Below, piece by piece: positions 41,680 through 51,261 of a stretch of 64,000 bases of DNA; position 1 is the stretch's first letter, and each line of letters opens with the position of its first letter. The stretch is taken from contig CALSSJ010000022.1 of the NCBI GenBank assembly GCA_943788985.1, positions 128,001 through 192,000 on the forward strand, given 5' to 3'. A program made the position numbers and the translations under genes. This DNA comes from an uncultured Lentisphaerales bacterium (lineage in GTDB: Bacteria > Verrucomicrobiota > Lentisphaeria > JABSQK01 > UBA12247). The notes beneath the pieces were generated by a model. The model saw only the letters and a list, made by a program, of their open reading frames with translations, was not told the origin of the DNA and did not search any database.

Positions 41680-42500
41680 AGGCGAGGCTCTTTGCCGCTG
41701 CTCCTACCTTGATGGTACGCCGGCGGCCAAGCTTGAAATAGGAACTCTCGCGGCAGCCTCGTTCGGCCAAATAGCCTAGAGTCGAGATGAACTGGTCCCG
41801 GACACGTTTCGGATCTTGCGCATCAGAGCCGAGCACGAGCGGAATGCCACGCTCGATCGCTGCGCTCAGGAAGATCGGTCCCGGGCTTAGCTCCCGCGGA
41901 TTCTTGTGCCGGCCTGAGGTGTTCACCTCTAGGGCCACGCCGGAGGCAACAATGCGGTCCAGCGCTTCGTAAATCTCTTTGTGAATCGGGTGGAATCGCC
42001 AGCTCCGTGGAAACAGATATTTCACCGAGTCTGGATGCGCCTGAGCATCAACAAGTCCGCTCTCTGCGGCTTCTGCCAAGTGCTGAAAGTACTACTTCTG
42101 AACGGGGATCGAGTCGCTAGTGTCTTACTGGCGTTGATATTCGTTATTTTGCGGGTGCACCGCGCCCAGGCGGTAGTCCAGTCGCGTCCGGCCATGAAGA
42201 TCTTTAAGATACGACGTGAGTTCCGGGAGGTAATCACTCTCGAGTCCGATGCGTACGTCGATCCTGCCAGCTCAGGCCTCTGCCGTACTGCGCACCAGCG
42301 ATATGCAGACATCAAACTCCTTCTCGGACATGCGAGCCGCGGTAGAATAGCTGCTTGCTAACGGCGCGTGGCAGGTGAGAAATAATTCCCTTCAGACCAG
42401 TGGCATAGGCTCGCTTTGCGTATGTTTCGGGTTGACTGACTGCTTACTTGCACAGCGGCGTATGCATGTGACTGTCGTAGACCAATCGCTTGGGCGCAAC
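41680..42500 (-). pseudogene. Decayed histidinol-phosphatase (HisJ/PHP family) gene
   Basis: Manual translation: YDSHMHTPLCK*A..GLKGII(frameshift)TCHAP..AEA*AGRIDVRIGLESDY..GAVHPQ..RQ*..QK*YFQHLAEAAESG..AHPD..EVNTSG..GSDAQ; four stops and one frameshift. Confidence 0.85.
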
Positions 42501-42535
42501 GGGTGCGGAGCGCAAAACTACAGTCTTGGTTTTTT

Positions 42536-42832
42536 TCATTCGTAATCCCATCCTAGCGTCACCTCCTTCCTAGTCTGGCGCAGCCGGTCCATGGTGTCGA
42601 TCATCAGCGTCCAGTCGCTCAGTGCCCTGCGGATTACCCGTGGGCTCTGGCTGGTCGCCCGCGCGACGCGCTGCCGGGTACGGTCCTCGCGGCCCTGCAT
42701 TTCATCCAGCCAAGACGAGACGCGCACATGAGCCAGGGCGTGAAGCCCGGCCGTGAGGGAGGAGGAGGACGCAAAGACCGTCGCGGAAAAGGTGATCATC
42801 ACAAGAAGAAAGGAAAGGGGGACATACTTCAT
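42536..42832 (-). CDS. Small hypothetical protein with N-terminal signal/TM segment
   Basis: MKYVPLSFLLVMITFSATVFA; fills the gap between the pseudogene and mreB. Confidence 0.45.
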   Translation of the reverse strand: MKYVPLSFLLVMITFSATVFASSSSLTAGLHALAHVRVSSWLDEMQGREDRTRQRVARATSQSPRVIRRALSDWTLMIDTMDRLRQTRKEVTLGWDYE

Positions 42833-43052
42833 CGTCAACCGAAATGTCAGAGCTGATTTTTCCTAGCTCATGCATTCTACCATCGCGCGACTGCACCGCT
42901 ACGGCCTAGCAGCGCGTACAGGACGTATGATCCGTGCGGTCGTGGGCAAAAGAAATCACCAGACTGCAACTCTGGTTCTTTCTTTTAGGAAAGAGTGTGG
43001 TAGATTTCTGGCTCTGCTGCAACCAACTGCCGATCCTGGCCATTTTCCCGTT

Positions 43053-44069
43053 ATGTTTGACAGATTCAAGTCCTTTTTCTCGAGCGATATCGGCATCGAT
43101 CTAGGTACCGCCAATAGCCTCGTTTACGTGCGCGGCGAGGGGGTCGTACTTAACGAGCCATCCGTGGTTGCGATCGATACTGAGACCGGTAAGGTGCTGG
43201 CGGTCGGTAGCGATGCTAAGAAAATGCTGGGAAGAACGCCCGGGAACATTCGCGCAATTCGGCCGATGAAGGACGGCGTGATTGCAGATTTCGAGATCAC
43301 CGAACACATGATCCGGCATTTCATCCGCAAAGTCAACAAGCGTACCAACCTGCTTAAACCCCGCGTGCTCATTGCGGTTCCCTACGGAATCACAGAGGTT
43401 GAAGAGCGCGCCGTGAAGGACAGCGCCGTCCGCGCTGGCGCTCGCGATGTCCAATTGATCGAAGAACCGATGGCTGCGGCTATTGGCGTCGGCATAGAAG
43501 TGCAGGAGCCTGAGGGCAACATGATCGTGGATATCGGGGGCGGTACCACCGAAGTCGCCGTGATTTCTCTGCGCGGTATCGTCGATGCGCTCAGCGTCCG
43601 TATCGGCGGTGACTCCATCGATGACGCGATCATGAAATACGTGATGCGTGAGCACAGTCTCGCTATCGGTGAGCGGACCGCAGAACGCGTCAAGATTGAT
43701 ATCGGCAGCTGCTGCGAGTTTGAAGATGGCGAGCGCACCTTGGAGATCCGCGGGCGACGCCTGACCAACGGCCTGCCAAGCTCTGTTGTCATCAGCTCCG
43801 AAGAGCTCACTCCCGTCATTCGCCATGTTGCGCAAGGCATGGTCGAGGCAGTACGCGGCACGTTGGAAAAATGTCCGCCGGAATTGGCTGCTGACTTGGT
43901 CGAGCGTGGTGTCACGCTCGCTGGCGGCGGCGCCCTGCTTTCTGGGTTTGACCAGCTTATCTACGAGCAGACGAATCTGAATGTGACCATTCCGGAGGAG
44001 CCTCTGAATGCCGTTGCCATGGGCACCGGAAAAGCCCTGGAAGGGCTCGACAAGTTTGGCGGTCGTTAG
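43053..44069 (+). CDS. mreB: Rod shape-determining protein MreB
   Basis: IGIDLGTAN, RPMKDGVIADF, EEPMAAAIG, DIGGGTTE, GGGALL. Confidence 0.97.
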   Translation: MFDRFKSFFSSDIGIDLGTANSLVYVRGEGVVLNEPSVVAIDTETGKVLAVGSDAKKMLGRTPGNIRAIRPMKDGVIADFEITEHMIRHFIRKVNKRTNLLKPRVLIAVPYGITEVEERAVKDSAVRAGARDVQLIEEPMAAAIGVGIEVQEPEGNMIVDIGGGTTEVAVISLRGIVDALSVRIGGDSIDDAIMKYVMREHSLAIGERTAERVKIDIGSCCEFEDGERTLEIRGRRLTNGLPSSVVISSEELTPVIRHVAQGMVEAVRGTLEKCPPELAADLVERGVTLAGGGALLSGFDQLIYEQTNLNVTIPEEPLNAVAMGTGKALEGLDKFGGR

Positions 44070-44134
44070 CCTCCCTCCCTCGGCTATCCGGCCGATGATC
44101 AGCCAGCAATCGCACCGTAAGCACGCTTCCGACG

Positions 44135-46651
44135 ATGCCTGACCCCAAGCTTACGCCCATGATGCGCCAGTACCGCGATGTAAAGGCGGAACTAGCCGAC
44201 GATATCCTCCTGCTCTTTCGCATGGGCGACTTCTACGAGATGTTCTTCGAAGACGCCACCCGTGGCGCCGAGGTCATGGGCATCACCTTGACCAAGCGCA
44301 GCGGTGTCCCCATGGCGGGCATTCCCTATCATGCGCTCAACGGCTACCTCGAGCGCATTCTGGCTGGCGGCGTCAAAGTTGCGATCGCCGAGCAGGTGGA
44401 GGATCCCAAGCAGGCAAAGGGCCTGGTCAAGCGCGAGATCACCCAGATTATCACGCCAGGCACTATCGTCGAAGGCAGCGTCCTCCCCGACAACCGCAGC
44501 AATTTTCTCGTCAGCATCTGCGAAGGCAAGCGCGGCCGCTTTGGCATTGCTGGTCTCGACATCAGCACCGGAGAGTTTCGCCTCACCGATGCTGAGTCGC
44601 TCGACCAGCTTGAGACCGAGCTGTATCGCTTGCAGCCTGCCGAGTGCCTAGTCTCCGAGTCTCTCCACCAGCGTTGGGAGGCGGACGGCTATCCCAATGT
44701 CCCTACCCGAATCGTCTGGACTCCTGTCGATGCTTGGACCTACGACGATGACGTCGCCCGCGAGACCATGCACCGTCAGTTTCAGGTGGCCACGCTGGAC
44801 GGCTTCGGCTGCCGCGAGTATCCACTGGGCGTGCGCGCAGCGGGCGCCGTGCTCTACTATGCGCGCAACAATCTCCGGCGGGATGCGAACCATGTCACCC
44901 GCCTGACGCCATACGCTGCCAACGGCTACATGGTCATCGACCGTGTCTCGCAGCGAAACCTGGAACTGGTCGAGCCGCTGTTTGCCGATTCGCGCGACGC
45001 GACGTTGTTATCCGTCCTCGATTGCTCCATTACGCCCATGGGCAGCCGGCGTATCCGGGAGTGGATCCTTAGGCCGCTGTTGGAGCGTGAGCCCATCGAA
45101 GATCGCCATGACGCCGTAACCTGGCTGCTGGCAGACCAGCTACTCCTCGTGGAACTGCGCGAGTTACTCGCTTCGATTCGCGACCTCGAGCGCACCATCA
45201 CCCGCATCAACGTAGGCTCGGCAAATGCCCGAGACATGCTGATTCTGCAGCGTGGCCTGGTCGCGATTCCTGGGCTGCGAGACGTGCTGCGCGCTCAGGA
45301 CGGTGCCTCGCCGGCTGTTCTTGCGAACATCGCAGACCGCCTGCACGACGCGCCCGAGATCTGCGAGCTGATCGCCACCGCCATCGGCGATGAACCACCA
45401 CTCACCGTCAAAGATGGCGGGATCATTCGTACCGGCTATCACGAGCATCTGGATCAGCTTCGCTCCGCCGCAACCGAAGGGAAGACCTGGCTCGCCCAAC
45501 TGCAATTGCGCGAGCAGGAGCGGACCGGAATCAAGAACCTCAAGATTCGCTACAACAAAGTTTTCGGCTACTTCATCGAGGTTAGCAAAGCAAACCTCAG
45601 CTTGGTTCCCGAAGACTACCATCGCAAGCAGACCCTCGTGAACGCGGAGCGCTTCATCACTCCCGGGCTCAAGGAGATCGAGGATAAAGTCCTAGGCGCA
45701 GAAGACAAATCCAAGGCCCTCGAGTACGAGTTGTTTCAGAACGTCCGCGCGCAGGTGGTTGAAGAGACCGCCGCAATCCAGGAGACCGCTTCAGCGGTCG
45801 CCGATCTCGACGCGCTCGCAGCGTTTGCGGAGATCGCACAGCGAAACGACTACGTCCGCCCCAGTGTTGGCAATGACCTCGAGCTGTCTATCGAGGACGG
45901 GCGCCACCCGGTGATCGACCATCTCCTGGCCGAAGATCGCTTCGTCCCCAATGATACGCATCTCAACGGTCAAGACCGTCAGCTGATGATCCTGACTGGG
46001 CCGAACATGTCTGGTAAATCTACCTACATCCGGCAGGTCGCGCTGCTCACGTTGATGGCGCAGATCGGGAGCTTCGTGCCAGCCCGAGCCGCCAGGATCG
46101 GACTGGCAGACCGCATCTTTACCCGCGTCGGCGCCTCTGATGACCTCGCGCGAGGCCAGAGTACCTTCATGGTCGAGATGCTAGAAACCGCGAATATTCT
46201 GAATAACGCCAGCAGCCGCAGCCTCGTCGTCCTAGACGAAATCGGCCGCGGCACCAGCACCTATGATGGTCTCAGCATTGCCTGGGCCGTGGCAGAACAT
46301 CTCAGCTTGGTCCCCGAGAAGCGCGCCCGCACGCTTTTTGCCACGCATTACCATGAGCTCACGCAGTTGTCCAACACCATCACGGGAGTCATCAACTGCA
46401 ACGTGGCCGTGCGCGAATCAGGCGATAGCGTCGTCTTCACGCACAAGATCAAGCCCGGAGCTGCCGACCGCAGCTATGGCATTCACGTCGCCCAGCTCGC
46501 TGGCCTGCCCAATCCCGTGATTGCGCGCGCCAAGGAAGTACTCACCAATCTCGAAGGCGACGACAGCGGGAGCACCAACCGCCAGCCGCGGCTGGCTCGC
46601 CGCCGCCCCTCCGAGGTCGTGCGGGAACATCCGACACTCTTCGAGCTGTGA
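44135..46651 (+). CDS. mutS: DNA mismatch repair protein MutS
   Basis: TPMMRQY, FRMGDFYEMF, TGPNMSGKST, STFMVEM, DEIGRG, SYGIHVA; C-terminal clamp-binding-like PTLFEL. Confidence 0.98.
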   Translation: MPDPKLTPMMRQYRDVKAELADDILLLFRMGDFYEMFFEDATRGAEVMGITLTKRSGVPMAGIPYHALNGYLERILAGGVKVAIAEQVEDPKQAKGLVKREITQIITPGTIVEGSVLPDNRSNFLVSICEGKRGRFGIAGLDISTGEFRLTDAESLDQLETELYRLQPAECLVSESLHQRWEADGYPNVPTRIVWTPVDAWTYDDDVARETMHRQFQVATLDGFGCREYPLGVRAAGAVLYYARNNLRRDANHVTRLTPYAANGYMVIDRVSQRNLELVEPLFADSRDATLLSVLDCSITPMGSRRIREWILRPLLEREPIEDRHDAVTWLLADQLLLVELRELLASIRDLERTITRINVGSANARDMLILQRGLVAIPGLRDVLRAQDGASPAVLANIADRLHDAPEICELIATAIGDEPPLTVKDGGIIRTGYHEHLDQLRSAATEGKTWLAQLQLREQERTGIKNLKIRYNKVFGYFIEVSKANLSLVPEDYHRKQTLVNAERFITPGLKEIEDKVLGAEDKSKALEYELFQNVRAQVVEETAAIQETASAVADLDALAAFAEIAQRNDYVRPSVGNDLELSIEDGRHPVIDHLLAEDRFVPNDTHLNGQDRQLMILTGPNMSGKSTYIRQVALLTLMAQIGSFVPARAARIGLADRIFTRVGASDDLARGQSTFMVEMLETANILNNASSRSLVVLDEIGRGTSTYDGLSIAWAVAEHLSLVPEKRARTLFATHYHELTQLSNTITGVINCNVAVRESGDSVVFTHKIKPGAADRSYGIHVAQLAGLPNPVIARAKEVLTNLEGDDSGSTNRQPRLARRRPSEVVREHPTLFEL

Positions 46652-48046
46652 AATTCTTCGCACAGCATGGATTTTGGCTAGCCTTGGGGCCCATTCTGGT
46701 TCTGCACCTTCTCTTTCCTGGGGGACATTCCCTTCCTCTGTGACGAGCCGCAGCTGATCGACAATGCCTTACAGGCCAACGCCGCGGGCACGCTGGCCGA
46801 GCGCGGCCTACTCGGCACCGTCGGTGTACACTACGGGCCGCAAGCCACTTGGGGCTACCAGGCGCTGCTCGCCATTACCGATAATCTCATCGCCATCAGC
46901 GTCATCAAGCAGCTGATCTCGCTGGCCCTGATTCTCAGCACCTTGCTGTTCATGGCCCAGCGCTTGGCGCTGCCCCGCTGGCCCATTCTCATCGTTTTGC
47001 TATCTCCGCAGATCCACACCTACCTGCGCCAGCTGTGGGATAACGTCTTTCTGATTCCCCTCAGCGTCGTGCTGCTCGCGCTTGCGCTCCAGTTTCTGCA
47101 TCAGCCTCGTCGGCGTTGGATTGTCGCCATGACCGCGGTCGTAGTCCTGCTGGGGCACATCCATCTTATGACCGGGATCTTGATCCTGCCCATAGCCTGC
47201 GTCCTCTGCTGGCAGCGGCGTGATTGGCTGCTGAAAAACTGGCGGCCCACCGCTGCCACGCAGGCCATCGGACTGGCGCTTTCCGCCCCGTATCTGGTCG
47301 GAGTCTGCCAGGCCTTCGGGCAAGCCTCGCAAGCGCATGCATCTCGGCTGGATGCACTTCTACATGCCACTTGCGGGGCCAGTTACTTCTCCTTCCTGTA
47401 TACCACGCACAGCTTTCCGTCGCTTGGCAAGAGTCACTTTGTCCTTGCTCCTACGCTCACCGCTAGTCTCAGCTGGCTGAGCGCGCTTGTTATTCCCATC
47501 TTCTTTATCGGCATTTTCCGGGCGTTGCGAAGTTCGCAACCAGACTTGCAGCGTTCGCTCGCTTGGATCTGCCTTGGCATAGTCGGGCTCACGCTCCTCT
47601 TTCATGGCGGCGGCGCTCACATCTTTCTGCCGCACTACCTGAACGGGCAGTGGTTTGGCTTCTTCTTCTTTATTTGGATCGGCGCCGCCTGGATTACCAA
47701 GTACCGTCTAGGCCAGATTGCCTCAGGCGCAGTGGTCGCCTCCCTGCTGCTGCTCCTGACTGCGACCAAGCTGCATGTTCATGCTAACCAGGGCAACCAA
47801 TCGCTTGCCTTCGGGACCACCCTGTCACATCAGCTCGAACTCGCCGACCAACTCGCAGACTATCCCCGTAGCACCCAGCTATTTATTGCCCCGGGGCCCA
47901 TGGGCACCTGTGCCGTAAGCATTCGGCTCCTGCGTGCCATGCAAGACCGGGAGCCTACTCAGTCAGCGCCGGCTCTTTACCTCTATTATCAGAACACAAT
48001 CAGCGGGACCATGGTCCTCGCAGAGAAACCGCCAGGAGGAAACTGA
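46648..48046 (+). CDS. Multi-pass membrane protein, GT-C/ArnT-like glycosyltransferase; one frameshift in a G5 run at 46720-46724
   Basis: GTG overlaps the mutS stop. Removing one G gives ..LFPGDIPFLCDEPQLIDNA..GLLGTVGVHYGP, continuous with ORF 46943..48046. Confidence 0.65.
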
Positions 48047-49119
48047 TGTCGGAATCCAGCTCGATTGGAATCGCCGGAGCTGGCCTAATCGGCCGCATGA
48101 CGGCCCTTGAATTGCTCCAACATGGCTACCAAGTCACCCTGTTTGACCGAGATGTGCCGGATGGTACGGGCTCGTGCGGCGCCGTCGGTGCTGGGATGCT
48201 TGCCCCTGCCTGTGAGCTCGAAACCGCGCCGCCTTCGATCAGTGACCTCGGCGCTCTCGCGCTGGACCGCTGGCCATCGATCCTCGAGCAACTTCCCGAC
48301 CCCGTCTTCTTTCAACGCGAGGGCACCGTCGTGGTGGCCCATCCACACGATACCGCCGATCTCAATCGCTTTGTCGGCCAGCTGCGCCCCCATGCCGACG
48401 ATCGGTTGGTCTGGCACGACCGCGCCGCCCTGCGGGAACTCGAGCCGGGACTGTCCGACTCGTTCACCGGCGGGTGGTATGTCCGTGACGAAGGCCAAGT
48501 GGACAATCAACAGCTCATGGCCGCGCTCTCCAACCACCTTCACGCCCACACCACCTGGCGAGCGGGTTGCGAAGTTCGCACTTGCGAAGATCGCACCATC
48601 AGCTGGGAAGCAGCTGGCGAGACTGGGCAGGAAACGTTCGACTGGGTCATCGATTGTCGGGGCCTGGGCGCCCGCGGCGACCTACCGCTGCGTGGGGTAC
48701 GTGGCGAAGTGATTCGGCTCGAAGCGCCAGACGTCACCCTGAAGCGTCCCGTACGGATGATGCATCCGCGCTATCCGCTCTACATTGTCCCGCGCACGGC
48801 CCCGCTCTTCTTAATTGGTGCCAGCTCCATCGAGAGCGACGACATGAGCCCCATTTCCGTCCGCTCGATGATGGAGTTGTTATCCGCAGCCTATGCCTTG
48901 CATCCGGCATTTGGCGAAGCCCGCGTGATCAGCACCGCAGTCCAATGCCGTCCAGCATTCACGGACAACCACCCACGCGTCAGCATCGACGGCCACTGCA
49001 TTCAAGCCAACGGCCTGTATCGCCATGGCTTCCTCCTGGCCCCCGCGGTCAGCGACCTGATCCACCGCCTGATTCGCGGTGCGGACACCACAGAATACCG
49101 GCCGCTGCTCAGATGCTAG
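48046..49119 (+). CDS. thiO: Glycine oxidase ThiO-like FAD oxidoreductase
   Basis: GAGLIG, AGMLAP, LRGVRGE, HPRYPLYIVPR, NGLYRHGFLLAP. Confidence 0.85.
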   Translation: MSESSSIGIAGAGLIGRMTALELLQHGYQVTLFDRDVPDGTGSCGAVGAGMLAPACELETAPPSISDLGALALDRWPSILEQLPDPVFFQREGTVVVAHPHDTADLNRFVGQLRPHADDRLVWHDRAALRELEPGLSDSFTGGWYVRDEGQVDNQQLMAALSNHLHAHTTWRAGCEVRTCEDRTISWEAAGETGQETFDWVIDCRGLGARGDLPLRGVRGEVIRLEAPDVTLKRPVRMMHPRYPLYIVPRTAPLFLIGASSIESDDMSPISVRSMMELLSAAYALHPAFGEARVISTAVQCRPAFTDNHPRVSIDGHCIQANGLYRHGFLLAPAVSDLIHRLIRGADTTEYRPLLRC

Positions 49120-49254
49120 TGGTGCGTCTCATAAGTTATTTCCGGCTGAGTGGCAAAATCAGGTCTGTTGATTGAGTCTGTTTTCGGTGTCAAATGGGCT
49201 TCAGCGAGGAGCAGGTGCCGATAGCTGCTGAGTTCCTCGTTTCTATCGAGAGCC

Positions 49255-49432
49255 CAGCCCGGAGGGCGAAACATGTCCTGCCGGTGGCGGGAGCCACCGG
49301 ACCACATTCGCTCACGATCACCTTCACTTGCTCGCATGGAGTGGACCATGTGTCGGCCTCCAGCCTTGATGGCGGGGAAGTTGATACTGGTGGCTCACGC
49401 CACCGGCAAGGAGTCTGCCGGGCTCCGCCCTG
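49255..49432. repeat. REP/REPIN-like inverted repeat pair
   Basis: GCCGGTGGCGGGAGCCACCGG (49280-49300) and CTGGTGGCTCACGCCACCGGC (49387-49407) are reverse complements with 2 mismatches; each is itself a hairpin. Confidence 0.65.
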
Positions 49433-49951
49433 TCAGAGAAGCAAAAGCATGCATTATTTCCGATGGGAGCAGGCGCAGGGGTGTTCAATACACGAAAACC
49501 GGCCAGGTTTCATATTGCCCCTCTGGCGGAAAGAATTCTTGAGACGCATCACTCGTGTTGAATTAGGGGCATTGGTAGATTTTCTGCAGACCTGCCGGAC
49601 AATGCGGCATTGCGATTTACGACGGTAGGCCCGTAACGCATCATGCGTAAGGGCTTGCGTGTTCCAGGCAGGGAGGCGAAGAGTCACGGAGTAACGCGAA
49701 ACAATCTCACCCAGCTTTTACACATGCAATTCTCGGCGCCAATCTGCAAGACTCCCCCCGGACAGCCGCGTGGGCATGGCACGTCGCAGCCTGGCAGCCT
49801 TGACTGACTTCGTCCGCCAGTATGACGCGTCCGGGCACCTGACGACTTGACGAGCGCCGTGGCCTCTTGGGCAGACTCATGACGCTGGACAACAGGCTCC
49901 TATAGTGGGACGTTGGTCACGCGTATCACTCACTTAATTCCGGCTTTCGCT

Positions 49952-50300
49952 ATGCCTACCAGATCTGATTGCTTCCTGCCTTTTTGCTGGTGCCCCACAG
50001 CTCTGCTATGTAGTTGCAGCAGCGTGCCAGAAGCACCCCCTTCCGCACAGATCTCGGCACGGCCGGTGTTGTTTCACTAAATGCCATGGTTTCAACGCGA
50101 GATCGTAGACGGCGAGGAGATTTTGGCTCATTGGGAGTGGGTTGGCCCGGGCCCTGCCCACAACCCACGCATCGTGAAGCCGAACGGCCTCCGCGACCTG
50201 GCCAGCGTCTTTTATCCACGCATTGGTCCGTATGACAGCGGCGATGAGATGGTGCTGGACTATCACATCCTCAGCGCCAAGCTAGCGGGGATCGAAGATC
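49952..50300 (+). pseudogene. N-terminal remnant of a GH99/GH71-like glycoside hydrolase lipoprotein
   Basis: M..LLCSC lipobox..PVLFH*MPWF (TAA at 50078), AHWEW, YPRIGPYDSGD..LDYHILSAKLAGI, then truncated. Confidence 0.7.
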
Positions 50301-50304
50301 TTGC

Positions 50305-51247
50305 CGTCGAATTGGCCGCTGGGCTTCGTCGCCCCAGGTCTCGGAGCCGGGCACGGTGGCCGCTTGGCGAATCAGGGCAAAGCCCACATCGGCCAGACCA
50401 CTGACGTGCAGGGTGGCTTCTTTGCCCTATCCTCGGACTTGGCTGCCAGCGTGCCGGTGACGAAACGCACGTCCTGGCCGCCGATGCTCAGGCTGATCGC
50501 TGGCTTGGGGCCATTGTTGTCGATCGGTAGCAGCAGATAGGTCTGCTCGCAGGTAAAGCTGCGCTCTTGGGCCGGGCCACTGAGCGGCTTGGGCGGGCGC
50601 TTACCGGAAGCGATCTTGACCTTTGACGCCAAGATGGGCTTGATCACTTTGGCGAGTGCCTTGCCCGAGGCGGTAAAGTTGTCGGCATTGATATGCCCCC
50701 AGCCGCTTTTGGCTTGATCCAGTATTTGAAGTGCTGCTTTCTGGCCTGAGAACTGGCTGACATCGGCAGAAACTGGCCGCATCTCTTCGCTGTTTGCGCC
50801 AGAGGCGAGGTAGTAATTCTTGCCGCCCACCAGCAGGCGCACCGAGGTCTCTTTGTGCGCGCCGCCACCCACCAGCAGGCGCGCCGAGGTCTCTTTGTGC
50901 GCGCCGCCACCCACCAGGAAGTTGAGGAATGGCATTTCGATGACGAATTCGACGGAGGTCAGGGTTCCGGTTGGGCGGTCGCTCTGGGTTGTCCCAGGTT
51001 TGCCGGACGTGCCGTTGTAGTTCTCGTAGGTCCCGATCCAGAATTTGCCCTGCAGGTTGCAGCTCTCACGCCCGCGGGCCTTGGTGTTGTCGCCCTTGGT
51101 CGGCTGAGACTTGAAGGCGCTGCCTTCGGCAGTCAAATTCTCCAGGGTTCCGGTTTAAAAGTCTCTGTTGGTGAAGAGCAGGGCGGAGTCAGTAGCCATG
51201 GCGATGGTTCCCAGCGAAAAAATGGTCAGTGGAAGGAGGGGATTCAT
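50305..51247 (-). pseudogene. N-terminal remnant of a GH32 (levanase/fructosidase)-type gene
   Basis: Signal peptide; DF*TG (TAA 51155-51157); TGTLTSVEF..NFLVGGG..DVSQFSGQKAALQILDQAKSGWGHINAD..YLLLPI; shifted tail ..WGDEAQRP ends where the catalytic propeller would begin. Confidence 0.75.
50826..50917. repeat. 42-bp tandem duplication (LVGGGAHKETSxRL x2)
   Basis: Units start at 50826, 50868 and, partially, 50910; one mismatch between the full units. Confidence 0.95.
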
Positions 51248-51261
51248 AGTATCTTTTGTGG

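Noticed and set aside
41255..41680. C-terminal part of ORF 41255..42079
   Set aside because: Read-through antisense to the Gfo/Idh/MocA gene after the pseudogene's homologous region ends.
41680..42500. Stop-codon recoding in the hisJ-like gene
   Set aside because: All three stop types occur along with a frameshift, and other genes terminate normally at TGA, TAA and TAG.
49450..49950. Possible riboswitch or ncRNA, including a hairpin at ~49628-49654
   Set aside because: No recognisable family consensus; more likely promoter or decayed sequence.
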